From assembly GCA_021613535.1 (NCBI GenBank), contig CP075493.1:15996001-16060000 (forward strand): 64,000 nt of DNA. Reading direction: 5' to 3'. Source of the stretch: Adineta vaga (lineage: Eukaryota; Animalia; Rotifera). The position numbers and the translations under genes are program-made. The notes beneath the pieces were generated by a model. The model saw only the letters and a list, made by a program, of their open reading frames with translations. It did no database searches and was not told where the DNA came from. Below are positions 1-13,365 of the stretch, one piece after another. Positions within the stretch are counted from its first letter, which is position 1, and every line of letters starts with the position of its first letter.

Positions 1-742
1 AGATGGCGCATCTTTATTAACAGTAACATTACCAAGTCCCTTTCCATAAAAGACCTACTTCGCAATTCAATCAGAATCATCTTATTAGAAATATTATTTA
101 CTTAATCACTATCAAAATTTTTTCTCTCCTGTATTTTTAAATACTAATTAAGTTTTTTCAACAATATCAATGGTAATCTCATAGCAAATAAAGATTTTTT
201 TTATGATAGATATCATAAAGCAATCAACATTAATCGTTTTTTTTTGTGCATTAAGATTATTTACGTAAAGAATATAGTCTGGATTATAGAAGCACGTTCA
301 GTACTTAGTTTAAGAAAAACTTATCAAAATGATTGAATTATACTATTATCACTTGATGATATTTCAGATATCGATGGATATTGAAATAATTCCAAAGAAA
401 ATAATGATGTTGTTGTTCAAGAAATTTACGAACGTTTACAATCACCAATTCAAACATCATATTCACGAAAAATAGAAAAGTCATTTGAAATAATGATAAG
501 AACATAGAATTTTTATAAAATCCTCGAAGGTATGACATTAATATACCTATTATTGGATGCATTTCAACATTTACAGCAAATCAGAAGAGTAGGTGACTGA
601 CCAATATGCGATCTAACTTTTCCTCGTATTCATTTTTTCAAATATTGTATAAGAGATAATTATCTTCGGAAAGAATGCTATTTTGGTATTCAATCGAGTA
701 GTTTTGTTAAGATTTCGAAGACAAGTTGGATGTTTGAATAAA

Positions 743-801
743 CATCTTGAGGGTGTGGGTGTGTGAGTATATTACCTTATCCTAGATACCCACACCCACC
801 C
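743..801. repeat. Telomere-like inverted linker (two-armed)
   Basis: CATCTTGAGGGTGTGGGTGTGTG, ~22 nt spacer, then ACCCACACCCACCC. Confidence 0.9.
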
Positions 802-1301
802 AAATTTTAGATTTTAATGTATATTGGAAAAGAAAAAGAAATCTTTGTTTAATTGTTGTTGAATAAGATTCAACATTAACAAAACTTTGATGGTAAAGTA
901 TGAGTATAAATAAAAGCATGGTTATATAAGCTTTTAATTGAATGTAAAATCGGTTATTTTGTATTGATATTTATTTTTTTATTTGTCCTTAAGACAAAAA
1001 AAGATGAATCTTTTGTTTTATAATATAGATGTATTGCATATACACTTGCTTCTATATCCTTATGATAAATTTGATATTTCTTATGACAATATTGTGATTT
1101 TATCGTTCGAAATTTATATTGTTTGTTTTCTGTTCCAGGTGAATGAAAGAACATGGATTAATATAATCTAGGTTTTTTTCTCTTATGTATAAACATATAT
1201 ATATATATATCGTCGATTTTTTAACCGCAGTATTATTCATTCCCAATCCTACACGAAGATAAAATCGTCAAAATAAAATATATTTCAAATCTATTACTAC
1301 A

Positions 1302-1460
1302 ATGAGTAATATTCATAAATACGAAGAACTTCAAGTTGATGGTCTTAGAGCAGCTAGAAGACTTGGACTAGGAGGTGCACGACAACCTCAAAGATTGGGA
1401 TATGCTGCTCCGTTAGGATACGGAGGAAATACAGGACTTGGACGGGTAATGGACTTCTAA
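1302..1460 (+). CDS. Small Gly-rich ORF, possibly part of a Gly/Tyr-rich protein gene
   Basis: Hand translation MSNIHKYEELQVDGLRAARRLGLGGARQPQRLGYAAPLGYGGNTGLGRVMDF*; further Gly-rich coding-like sequence follows to ~1575. Confidence 0.3.
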   Translation: MSNIHKYEELQVDGLRAARRLGLGGARQPQRLGYAAPLGYGGNTGLGRVMDF

Positions 1461-1949
1461 GAGTTATTATGGTTCCGTTGTCACCACAATTTCTTATGGA
1501 TTATCAACAATTTTTTAATATTGGTTCTGGATTATTTGGATATGGATGTGGAGGACCAGGATTTGGTCGATTCTAAAAAGCAAAATAGTTTTACAAATCA
1601 AAAGAATAAGTCATTATTTTCTTTTAAAGTGAACAAAAATATTTCTTTACACAAAATGTGTATAATTTTATTAATCTAATTAATGATAATAAACTTATAT
1701 TCATATTATCACATAGACATGTACGTAAAAGAAATAGTTAGAATATAATTTTCATCATTCTAATAGTCATTTTCAATTTTTATGAATTATACAAAGGATG
1801 AATGCATCGATATGTTTTTTAAAAGCTGAAGCAATGAACAAGAAAAACTTTTTATTATTATTTTGTTAAACAGAATATTATTCGATGAATGGCGTTTTTA
1901 TCAACAGACCAAAAAAAGTCTCATCGTCGACGATTGAAATGAAATATTT

Positions 1950-4626
1950 TCAAAAGTAAGATGAAAACTTATCTTGTTGTTCGCCATCAATAGAAACATG
2001 ATGACGTATGAAAGTTTGAAGAATTTCATTATTTTCTTGAAGTCTTTGTTTCAAAATGTTCAATTCTCTTTCGAGATGAATAACTTTCGATGAAATATCT
2101 TCTTCAATAGTTTTTTCATCTTTGTTAAAAACAAGACGAAATAGCCATTGTGTTGGACGAAGAGATTTTCGTAAGAAAAATTTTAATAATGGTATAAACC
2201 AAAGTTTTGAGAAGAGAAAACTCATCGCAATTAAATCAATACAAAGGCCAATAAAAAGAAATGTATGAAAAATAATTTCCGAACGACGTGCAATTGGTTC
2301 TTGTTTATTTTTTATAAAAAAATCCGTTTCTTTAATTGTAATTAATAAATTTGTGACATGATTTGAAATTAGAATTTGTATCTGATGTTTTCTCTAATGG
2401 AATTGAACGATTAATTAATATTTGATGAAAATCATATTTATATTTTGAATACCAAAGTCCACTAATGATAGTTTCATCATTTTTTGTAAATCCTTCAGTA
2501 ATATTAATAATTCTTGTTAAATCTAAATTAATCAACGCATTTTGTGATAAACGATGATCGGAATTATTCAATCGTTTAGAAAAATTGAATTCTCGTGCAA
2601 AATTTGATTGAAATTCTAATTGTTTTGCTGTTAAACCTAAACGAATAGCTTCAATAAGATGATTTCCAAAGAATATTATTCTTAAAGTCATTTGTTGTAC
2701 TGGTAAACTTGATTTTATATGAAGATTCCTTCCATTTTGATAACATGTATATGGAAGAATCATTTTCTTTTCAAAATATTCAAAATATATTTGATGACAA
2801 TGAAAATCTGTTTGAAGAACATCAAGTTGAAAAATAAATATTTGTGAATTTAATAAATGAAAGATTGGTTGATATTCTTCAGATAAAATTGCAACATATT
2901 GTAAACTTGTTTCAAATTTTAAATTTCGAAGATCTTTTAATTGACATTCATTTATTTTGAATTGTAAATTTTCTTTTTCAATTGGATATTGTTTAGAAAA
3001 ATAATCACTAAATCGTGATGCAAATATAATAATAATTATAATTGAAATAGAAATCAGACCACCAAACCAAAGTTGACCTTCTCCGATTAAATCGAATGAA
3101 CGACAAATATCATGAAGTTTTTTTTGTTTTGATTGAAATCGTTTGATCATTTTCAATAGATACATCAATATAGAACATATGAGTATAAGAACAAATGAAA
3201 TTAAAATAAGAAAAAATGGAGAATGAAATCCACAATTTGTTTGAAAGATATAATAAAGAATTAAATCATCAAAAATATCGATTTCAGGTGATTGAGGATA
3301 CTTTGAATTTTGTTCAATATCTTCAAATTGATCAAAAAGTATTGGAAATTCACTTGGACAAAATTCTTTCTCGGTACATTGGGAACAAGTTTGATTTGTA
3401 GTAATTTCACAAGATTTACATAACCAAAATCCTGTTTCATTTTTATATGTTCCACGAGGACATTGTGCACCATTAGAAATCAATGAAAATATTAATCCGG
3501 GTGTGTCCGATAATTCACTATTTCTAGGAAATAAATTTGAAACTGAATAATAACCTACTCGTGAAGAAGTTAACATAAAAATACAATTATATTTCATTAA
3601 TATATATAACGTGTCATTGTTAAGAGAAACTTGTAAACTTCTTATTAATTCTGGTTCAGGTGAAAATTTTTGAATATCATTTGGAAATATATATATTGGT
3701 TTTAGAGAATCATCAAATTTTGTATTGATTTTCATGTCATATACAGAGAAAATCTTGTCGGAATACAAAAAAGAAAGAAATTTTTTACCGTGATTATACC
3801 ATCGAATTTCGTCAGAATCTGGAAAACGTTTTTGATCAATAAGATTAAATTTATTTGATTGATTCACAGTAAAAAGATAAGTCATAGCTCGTCTACTAAG
3901 TGTTAATATAATTCGTGTATTTGTTTGATTATCATTAAAAATATCCATCATCAAATTTTGACCAGCTTTGAAACCATCTTGTGGATCTTCTGTCCGTTGA
4001 TCCGTTATTGCAAAACTATGATTAATATTTAAAACAATTAAATAAAGAATACCAACACTACGAAATGTTCTATTACAACCGAGTAGAAATATATGTTGAT
4101 TATGATCAACTTTTAAAATCGTAGGAACAAATTGTGAAGACCAATTAAATAGTTTATAGGAATAACTTGTTAAATGAATTAAATCAAAAACTAAAATAGA
4201 CTCATCTGTACAACTATATGCAAATTCACCATTAGGATTAACATCTAATACATGTGAAGTTGGTTCATAGAATGTTGTATTAGAAAAGAAAACTGTATCT
4301 TGTTTTGATTGAGTATTATTACAATTAACAGTGACTTTTGTCATAAAATACATTGAATTCGATGAATTCATTCCTTGTACAACAAAATACAATTGAGAAT
4401 TTGTTTGTTCTTTTCCTAATGCAACTGAACGATGGTTTAAATTAGATAATTCTAATTGAATTTTTTGTGTTCTTTCAGATATGAATGATAAACATTGATA
4501 ATAAATCATATTGCTATCAGAAATAAACACTAATAGATGATCATTAACTGCTATATAATGACGATCAGAATCAATCACAGGAATTATTTCAAAGAAAAGT
4601 AATGATATTAAAAAAAATAAACGCAT
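1950..4626 (-). CDS. Multi-pass membrane protein with signal peptide and Cys-rich segment; apparent frameshift near 2340-2390
   Basis: 764 aa ORF (signal peptide, CPRGTYKNETGFWLCKSC, TM helices). Hydrophobic and coiled-coil C-terminus (EPIARRSEIIFHTFLFIGLCIDLIAMSFLFSKLW) continues in another frame to 1950. Confidence 0.6.
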
Positions 4627-5265
4627 TTTTTTTTCCCAAATACTTCTTGTTATTCTTTATTACATTCTCTTTATATTTGAATACTTTATGATAAAATATC
4701 ATAAGATCACGTCTATTATCAATATTAATCAAAACATTCGTTAGGTTTTTGTTGTTTTATTTGAAAAAAAAAAGATTGTTGTCATAGTCTAATATAAAAT
4801 TGACAAAAAATATTTTCTTTTGGAATATGGTAAATATCAAAATGTTAATAGTTTTTCTCATTGGATAATCTTTTTTTCTAAAGTCAGATATTCAATTTCG
4901 TTTGAACTATAAAAATAACGATGTACGTAAAAGACCAAACATTCGATATTTTCTGTTGTATGAAAGTTGATACTGCATACTCAATTTTAAGCAAGTACTC
5001 AAATATCAGATATTTACTTTAGTATAATAATAACAACTAAGGCTCGTCAGGCCGATTCACTCTACTCTCGACTGTGGAGGACGGGTATTTTTAGCTTGTG
5101 TCAATACCGAGACGAATTGATCTAGAAACCTAATATACAAGAAAATGACTCTCATGTGATTGTTTAAATATGTCATAACCTTTGAAAAGAAAAAAATTAA
5201 GTTTCTTCTCCTGAAATCAAATTCACCCCACACGCCGCTTTATAGCCCATCCACGATTTCACCCA

Positions 5266-5290
5266 ACACCCACACCCACACCCTCAAGAT
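5266..5290. repeat. Telomere-like linker, C-rich half-site
   Basis: ACACCCACACCCACACCCTCAAGAT. Confidence 0.85.
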
Positions 5291-5486
5291 AGCAATGCCA
5301 GATTCATAAAACCTTCGTATGGATCATCCGATCCATCCATTCCTGGCCAATCACGACGCCAGATCAAAGTTCCATCCGGACGTGTATAGCGTGCTACAAA
5401 TTCAAATGCAGCCTTATTTAGCTGATCGAATAATAAGCGTTCCATTAATGCCCATTGTGGAGGAATCATATGATTTTTTAATGAAA
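5291..5486 (-). pseudogene. 196-bp fragment of a bacterial-type hypothetical protein gene, capped by linkers at both ends
   Basis: Open frame PPQWALMERLLFDQLNKAAFEFVARYTRPDGTLIWRRDWPGMDGSDDPYEGFMNLALL; the ORF start and stop both lie within linker sequence. Confidence 0.6.
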
Positions 5487-5555
5487 TTGAGGGTGTGGGT
5501 TTCATTGTAAATAACTATACTATCCTCGCACCCACACCACCCACACCCTCAAGAT
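5487..5555. repeat. Telomere-like inverted linker (two-armed)
   Basis: TTGAGGGTGTGGGT, 28 nt spacer, then CACCCACACCACCCACACCCTCAAGAT. Confidence 0.9.
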
Positions 5556-6269
5556 TTTATAAAGCTGAAGAAATGTCGTGGCCCGATCAATTTAAATTAA
5601 AATTTTTATCAATATATCGTTGTTTATACAGTGAATATTTATATCTTCTTTATTGATTATCATATTTAGAAATATTTCAAGTACAATATATCGATATTGA
5701 TAATAAATCTATGTATTCGTCTTCATTTAATTCATAACTAACACATCTAAGCATCACATGTTGTTCTCTATCGACAGAACATCTTAGATCATTAATTTTA
5801 AAAACATCAAAACTTTATGAACTTAACTTGATTTATTCTGCTGATATTTTGAAATCCATAATTGATATTTATCAATGGGAAAATTTTATTCGAATTGAAT
5901 TAAGCTTTCTTAAGAAATTTCAATTCTACATTCCCTGTAAATTCTCCGAGAATGATACCATTCATCTAGATACAATAATAGCACCATTTCAAGATCCATT
6001 TTGGTTCAATAAAAAAACGTTGGTTTACTATTTGTGATCAAAAAATCGATACAAATAAATTAAATACCATATCATTTTTTACAATACCAACTATTAAATC
6101 TCTTTATGAATCGATGTTTGGATGTCAAGACGTAAAATGTGGAATTTCATTGAAAGATAATACTTATTATATAAATGATCTGCGAAGAGACAATATTACT
6201 TGTAACACTGTACATGATGTAAGTATATTACATCTTTCTCCTATACATATAATGATATTTGGCTGAGAT

Positions 6270-6705
6270 ATAGACACTCACCGAACTAGATCTTACAGGA
6301 AAAAGCTTGCAAGTTTCACATATGCAACTTCTCGCTCCGATATTACAAAATAATCAAGTACTTCACAGTTGATCTGCTTTATATACCACATCTAAAATAT
6401 TTTTTTTCTCAAAAAATAGACGATCATCGAGCTGAATTTATATGCTAATGAAATTAAAGCATTTGATACACACTATCTTGTTGAAGCATTAGTAAATAAT
6501 ACGGTAAATGTCATTCATTCACGATATTTAAAATATCTGCTACTTCTAATATCAATAGACACTAATTACATTAAAACTATGTTCCAATAACATTCAAGAT
6601 AAAGGCACCAAACATATAGCTCATCTTTTGGAAACTAACAAAGTCTTTTCATGTTTTTCATATTTTACTTTATCTTTTATTGTGTTTAAAGACACTCACA
6701 ATCTT
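6270..6705 (+). pseudogene. Ribonuclease-inhibitor-type LRR exons (84-nt, 28-aa units), degraded
   Basis: AG|TIIELNLYANEIKAFDTHYLVEALVNNT|GT and AG|TLITLKLCSNNIQDKGTKHIAHLLETNK|GT, separated by short introns. Confidence 0.6.
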
Positions 6706-7807
6706 TAGATGGTTTTTGAAAATTGACCCGAAGGAGTCTTTACATAGGGTTTCTTATCAAATTAATTATGTTGGGAAGTAACACTACGTTGTTACATCTC
6801 TCTCATTTTGTATGTAAAAAAGATCATTAACAGAAGTCAAGGGAAATCTTATATTAGCATATTTGTAAAGCTTTCCAAAGTATGTATATCTTTGTTTATT
6901 GATACAAATAATAAGAAAATAACTAAAAGTTCAAAACATATGTGATAACAAACAAAGAAGAATATGGTAAATGCAAACTTTTTTATTTTTTTATTCAGGA
7001 TCATCTGTTGTACTCAAGTCATATGGAAATACCGAATTATACAATTCATCTATTATCTAAAATGAAAAGTATAATAAAAATCATCATCTCCATATGATTC
7101 TTGCATAAGTACAGAATTTCGTTCTATCCTATACGTTGTTTCTTTACATCCTTTCTCAAAATTTTGCATCAAGTAATGACATCCACTACTTAAGATCAAT
7201 ATTTTTATTTTTAAATTTAAAATATGTTTTAATATATATTCGACGTGTTCAAAATGAATATTATCTGATATACTTAAACCGAATTTTTTGCATTTAGACA
7301 TCAATATGGTATCTCACTCATAATTATCTTCAGCCCAATCAAATACAATGTGACGTCGTATCTTGTAATGCAGGAAATAATTTAATCAAATAATCAATGG
7401 ATAAATATTTGATATTGTTCGATTTAATTGTTTGTTTTAATAAATAAATCGAAAGTTGAGTATTTAAACTATCATCATCATTTTTCTATAATGAAACAAT
7501 CGAATAAAGGACAAAAATGTTGATTAAATACCGAACGAATTATAATTTATTTTTCTTCGATATATTTATTCAAATGAAATTTACTTCCACACATAATTTT
7601 TAATGGTCTTAAATATTTATGAATGGTAAAATATTGTTCATAAACTAATCCTGTTTACTTTTTCTTTCTAAATTAAAATGTAAGTGTGTTATTGATCAAT
7701 AATTGTATCAATACGTTTATTTAAACCATGAACTGAATACCACAACGCATTTATATCGAAATAATCAAATATTTCTCGCCATAATCCTACTATGATGTTT
7801 GTTTGGA

Positions 7808-7930
7808 CATCTTGAGGGTGTGGTTTGTACCTACTAGATTGATAGTGATTTGTAATTGAACAAAAATTCAGTTGTCATTTTAATAAGAAGTTAAATTTTC
7901 TTTAAAAACACCGTCTCTGAGGGTGTTAAG
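7808..7930 (+). repeat. Two G-rich linker half-sites (7808-7823 and 7918-7930)
   Basis: CATCTTGAGGGTGTGG and TGAGGGTGTTAAG. Confidence 0.7.
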
Positions 7931-8149
7931 TCAGTTGGCTTTTTTATTTACACTGTGAGAAGAAAGCAAACAAATGTTTACATTGGTTACCTCTGCTGTT
8001 AAGGGGCATCTAAAATCAGCAACAGAAAAGAAAAGAAAAAATATCTTTAGAAAGAAAACAGAGACCTATAAAATGAGCAAGTTTTTATCATTTCATTACT
8101 CAAAACTTTTCTAAGTATATATGAATAATTTATAATATCTACAAAATCA

Positions 8150-9738
8150 ATGGCAAGCATAACAAAAATAACTCCAGATGTAGAGAGAGTTCCAAAAGAG
8201 CAGCTTGAATATCGACGTCTGAATATTCAACGAATGCAAAATGTTGTTCTCATTTGGTTAGATAGCAGTATTGATATGGCCGATGAAGATTATCAGAACA
8301 CCATTATTCATTTTAATAATCCTGTTAATACATATACAAGTGTTGATCAATGCATTGAATTTATCAGAACTATTGAAGATCAAAAAGTATGCATTCTTAT
8401 TTCGGGATATCTCGGTCAACAGGTTATACCCAACATCCACAATATGTCTCAAATGCACTCCATTTTTATCTTATGTGGCAACAAAAAACGACATGAACAA
8501 TGGGCTAAAGAATGGCCTAAAATCAAAGGGGTTTTCACAGAAATCGAACCTATCTGTGACGCTCTTAAACAAGCTGTTCATCAGTGTGAACAAAATGCCA
8601 TATCCATTAGTTTCGTAGCAAGTACTCAAAAGTTGGATCAATTAGATCCTTCTTTCATGTACACACAAATACTGAAAGAAATTTTATTGACAATTAAATT
8701 CGATGTTACGCATATTCAAGAATATATGGACTACTGTCGCGAAGTTTTTGTGGATAATCCAGAAGAATTGAACAATGTCAAAGAAATGGAACGAAAATAT
8801 CACCAGAAAACACCTATATGGTGGTATAGTTTGGAAAGTTTCTTATATCCCATGTTGAATCGCGGAATTCGATTGATGGATGGTGATATTATGACAAGAA
8901 TGGGCTTCTTCATTAATGATCTACATCGACAAATCGAACAACTGCATAACGAACAATCGATTAGTAAGATATTCACAGTTTATCGTGCACAGGGCTTATC
9001 CAAGGTGGACTTTGAGCAACTGAAACAAACCATGGGTGGTTTGATGTCATTTAACAGCTTCTTATCCACCAGCAAGAAACGGGAGATTTCACTTGGTTTT
9101 GCAAAGAGAAGCGCCAGCAATCCTGATCTAGTGGGTATTCTCTTTGTAATGACAATTGATCCAAAACAATCAACAACAGCATTTGCTTCAATTCATGACA
9201 TCAGTGCCATCGAAGGTGAAGATTGGGTTTAGTGCTAGGAGACATGGGTCAAAATGACAAGGCTGGGGAGATTTATGGAATGCTACTTGATCAAGAGACG
9301 AAGGAGAGTAGCAAGGCACCAGTTTATCATCAACTTGGTTCGATCAAATACAATCGTGGAGAATATGAAGAGGCAATTAGATACTATGAAAAATCACTTG
9401 CTATTAAGGAAAAAACTTTTTCTCCTAAAGAACCTGAATTGGCTAAATGTTACAACAACATCGGCATTGTGTATTTTGACATGGGTGACTACCCGAAAGC
9501 ACTTTCATATTATGAAAAAGATCTTGAAATCAGCAAACAATTACTTCCTCCAAATCATCCTGATTTGGCTATGTCTTACAACAACATCGGGTTGGTGTAT
9601 GAAAACATGAAACACCATTCAAAAAGTTGTTCATTTTTTGAACATGCTGTACAAATTGCACAACAATCATTGCCTTCAAATCATCATCATCGGCAAATAT
9701 ATACAACAAATTTCGAACGTGTGGAAAAGAAATTATAA
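8150..9738 (+). pseudogene. ADP-ribosyltransferase (R-S-E type) plus TPR protein, with internal deletion and frameshift at ~9221
   Basis: VYRAQG and FLSTS motifs; TPRs (YNNIG) in a second frame; paralog of 13366-15294 but lacks ~58 aa after EGED. Confidence 0.8.
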
Positions 9739-9894
9739 TTTGTATTTTTTTCTCAATAATAAAGAAACTTCGCTATTTATAGTCCAACATGAAAGAGATC
9801 GATATCTATTTATCTTTTCCGTAGTCTACATTCTTTTTCATGACTTAGAAAAAATAGTAGTATTTTTCTTTTCTAATCTAATGACTCACTTAGA

Positions 9895-9948
9895 CTTGAG
9901 GGTGTGGATTAAGACTGTAGGCTAAAGTATACCCACACCCACACCCTC
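9895..9948. repeat. Telomere-like inverted linker (two-armed)
   Basis: CTTGAGGGTGTGG, 23 nt spacer, then ACCCACACCCACACCCTC. Confidence 0.9.
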
Positions 9949-10858
9949 GTTTGGTTTGTTAATCGAGATTGAACAGTGTATAATGCAACGTACTCATAAA
10001 CATTAATAATCTATTTATATTATACGAAAAAAACAAAAAGTTAATAAAGTATAACTGTAAGCAAGAAGTAACAAGCAACGTTTGTTATTTGTTCTCTCTC
10101 TATATATATATATATTACTGTAATATCACGTGGAAAAAAAATGTATATCACGATTAGAATCAATATAAATGTTTTTTAGGCATCACTTTCTATGTAGAGC
10201 ATTCATTATTAAATATAGGGTACAGAATTCAATAAATTTCTTTTTATCCTAGTGACAATATAAATTACAAAGCTATTCTAGAAATTTGAATGTTTTTTTA
10301 ATTAAATTGTATGATTTCATTAGAAAGACTATTCTAATAGTTTTTTTTTGTATGCAAAAATACAGTAAATGATTACAAAAATAGAATTTATTGTTGTATC
10401 TTTCTCGTGACATTGATAAGCATAATGTATTGGTAAATCGAAGATAAATTGAGTGATAGGCATACATAAACATTGAAATAAAAAAGGGTTTTTTTCTAAG
10501 CATACAAGCAGCTAACTAGAAAGAAAGGTAAAACCCAATCATCGATATGTCTCTTTCTCTCATTCAATGGGACAAGCCGTTTTTTGTATGAAAAAAGAGT
10601 AGAAGAAAAAAATGTATGATACCTGTGCATGACTATGAATTTTTTCTCTCATAAACATATTACTGATGTGTTTGTATAAGCCATATCTGCGTACAAAATC
10701 AAATATATCCTTGTGTATAGAGAGAGATAAATATTCTCTCTTGGTTATTACGTTAGATTTTTTATCTCTCTCGCCACCATTGAGTATATAACAGTGTGAA
10801 TATCAACATAAAATTACAAATATCTATCGATATTTCTCTTCAAATTAGCAATTACAAA

Positions 10859-11197
10859 ATGAACAATAACAAGGTACTATATTTTGCTCTTGTCTTAACA
10901 TTATTGGTAACATGGTGCAGTGCACGAGCAACAATGGAAGATTTAGAAGATGCTGATCATAGCAACGAACTCCGAGGCATTGCTCAGGAATTGTTCAAAC
11001 GATTGTTTACCAAACGTTGTACGAATCATGGTGCTCGTTGTTCAGAAAGCCATAAGTGTTGTGGCACTACTAATGCTAATGGTGTATGTAGTTGTTCTCC
11101 TGGTTCTAAGAATTGTGTTTGCAGTTATGGTGGTGAATATGCTACGGATTCTGGCGGTACTGTTTCACAACGTAAAAGATATGAATGGAAATATTAA
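10859..11197 (+). CDS. Secreted cystine-knot (ICK) toxin-like peptide precursor
   Basis: Signal peptide, acidic propeptide, KR cleavage site, then C-x6-C-x5-CC-x8-CxC-x6-CxC, and a second dibasic site RKR. Confidence 0.75.
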   Translation: MNNNKVLYFALVLTLLVTWCSARATMEDLEDADHSNELRGIAQELFKRLFTKRCTNHGARCSESHKCCGTTNANGVCSCSPGSKNCVCSYGGEYATDSGGTVSQRKRYEWKY

Positions 11198-11567
11198 GTC
11201 AGATATACTCTATCAATATACTGATCTAATAACAACTCATTGAAACACGCTGAAAATCAAGCTTTCATACAAATATTAATCGGAATTAGCGAACATTATT
11301 CCTTAGTTAGTTGTCTCGTCTCTTTTTTATTGTTTTCTAATCTTTTTTCATAATTTTCATGTCTAATAAAATACGCATTTCAAAAGAAACTATATCTGCT
11401 CAGAAAGTTATCAATGACAAAAATAATATTTGTTCTAGTTTTGTTATCTTTTCAACCATTTTTTGTATAACACAATACTTCTCTTTAAAACAAACAAGAG
11501 AGAAAAATATAATTACAATTAGAACAAAAGATTTTTCTTTTTCTCAATCTTCATTTACCGTTTTAAG

Positions 11568-11625
11568 CTTGAAGGGTGTGGGTGTGGGTGTTAGATGAAG
11601 GTAAGAATAGGTGTCTCTTCTCAAG
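11568..11625. repeat. Telomere-like linker (G arm intact, C arm degenerate)
   Basis: CTTGAAGGGTGTGGGTGTGGGTGT ... CTCTTCTCAAG. Confidence 0.75.
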
Positions 11626-12104
11626 CCATATTTACATCCTTATATTTCACTCTAATCGACCCAATAATTTTCCATTTCGAGGTAATACAAAATCATTATT
11701 ACAATGTCGCTTGTGTGATAACCATTCATTTGCGTTAATGATCGGTTATTTTCTGTTACATATTTAGATCATCTATAATGAATATTAATTATCTGTAGCT
11801 GATTCATACTATATAATTTTATCTTCTTCTTGTATCGAGTTAATATTGAAAATATGTTTCATTAATTTCTCTCATTTAACAATATAAAGAATATTTCAAA
11901 AGTTTATGTAAATAAATTCGAAAATGTACTTTGATTAATTGATAAAATATATATTCGACATTTGAATAGTGAATTATTTAGTATAATATCTGTTTGAGGA
12001 TATCTCACAAGAATAAATAAATGAGAAAAAAACAAATAGAAATAATTTTATGAAATTCTTATCAAAAACATTTTATCAATTGACGTTTAAAATTATATTT
12101 TCTT

Positions 12105-12766
12105 TTAGAAAGAATATTTAATCAAAATGCACAAACTGTTGCTGAAGGAAATGGAAAAGGTGATAAATTAAATCAATTCAATGAACCTCGTGGAATCTTT
12201 GTAGATGAACAGAAAAATATTTATATTGCTGATTAGAGAAATAAACGAGTTGTTCGATGGTTCAATGAAAATCGACAAGAAATTCTTATTGAAGATATTT
12301 TTTTGTGAAAGTTTATCAATGGATAAATTTGAATTTCTTTATGTTTTGGATTCTGAGAAGAATAAAGTGAGAAAATGGAATATTAGTTGCTGGGAGAAAT
12401 GAAGAAAGAAATGGACTCAATCAGTTGCATAGTCCAAATTTTATTTTTGTTGATAATGAACAATCGGTTTATGTGTCTGACAATGGAAATAATCTCAATC
12501 GGTTATTTTTCCCTTCAGCTTTGTATGTTAATCAATGCGAAGAAATCTATGTTACGGAACGTATGAATGGTCAAATAACGCGATGGATTGAAGGTGAGGA
12601 AAAAGTTGAAATTGTTGTTGGTGGAAATGGTTCAGGTTGTGAAGGAAATCAGTTGAATTGTCCGTTTGATTTAACATTTGATTTGGAAGGAAATCTTTAT
12701 GTTTCTTATTTGTTAAATAATCGAATTCAGAAGTTTGAAATACAAGAAAAACAACATTTTCAATGA
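12105..12766 (+). pseudogene. NHL-repeat protein, frameshifted
   Basis: GNGKGDKLNQFNEPRGIFVD and GGNGSGCEGNQLNCPFDLTFDLEGNLYVS motifs spread over several frames. Confidence 0.75.
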
Positions 12767-13009
12767 TAATAAACAGTTTAATTGTTTGAAATAAACGAAA
12801 TAAACTTGAATTATTTTTTTGTTGTAAAAACTTCTTGTGAAATTTTGATCAAGAAATAAATACATCATAGGATCAAGGACTGGCAACTCTTCCAGATTTT
12901 TATGTTTTTTATTAAATTACATTTGATGTATTTTAATTCTAGCTGAATTACAAATTCAACTGAACTTTTTATTATTTATTGTACAGGAATTTCTGAACGT
13001 TTTTTTGAC

Positions 13010-13025
13010 GAGGGTGAGGGTGTGT
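13010..13025 (+). repeat. Telomere-like linker, G-rich half-site
   Basis: GAGGGTGAGGGTGTGT. Confidence 0.6.
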
Positions 13026-13365
13026 AGCTGCTGCCATGGACATCTCTGATGAAAACGTTGAAAGAATAAAATCGAAAAACAAGTCAATATTCTCAAATGT
13101 GATTTTTCGTTTAACTTAATAAACGTTTCATCACACAGTCATTCCTGACAATGTGGTCTAGAGAGGACACGAAAGCTTGAATTTATATTTTTATTTTCTG
13201 TTAGAAATATGATTTTCACAGCAGTTATCTCTCTTTTCTCTCATTTACTTTTCTTCTGTGTATTTATTATTCAAATTAAAGACAATCAGTTTCTGATAAA
13301 TAAAGAGGGTGAGCGTAAGTATGTCGATTTACTTTTACTCTCATCAATCATAGCGTCGAAGTCAG

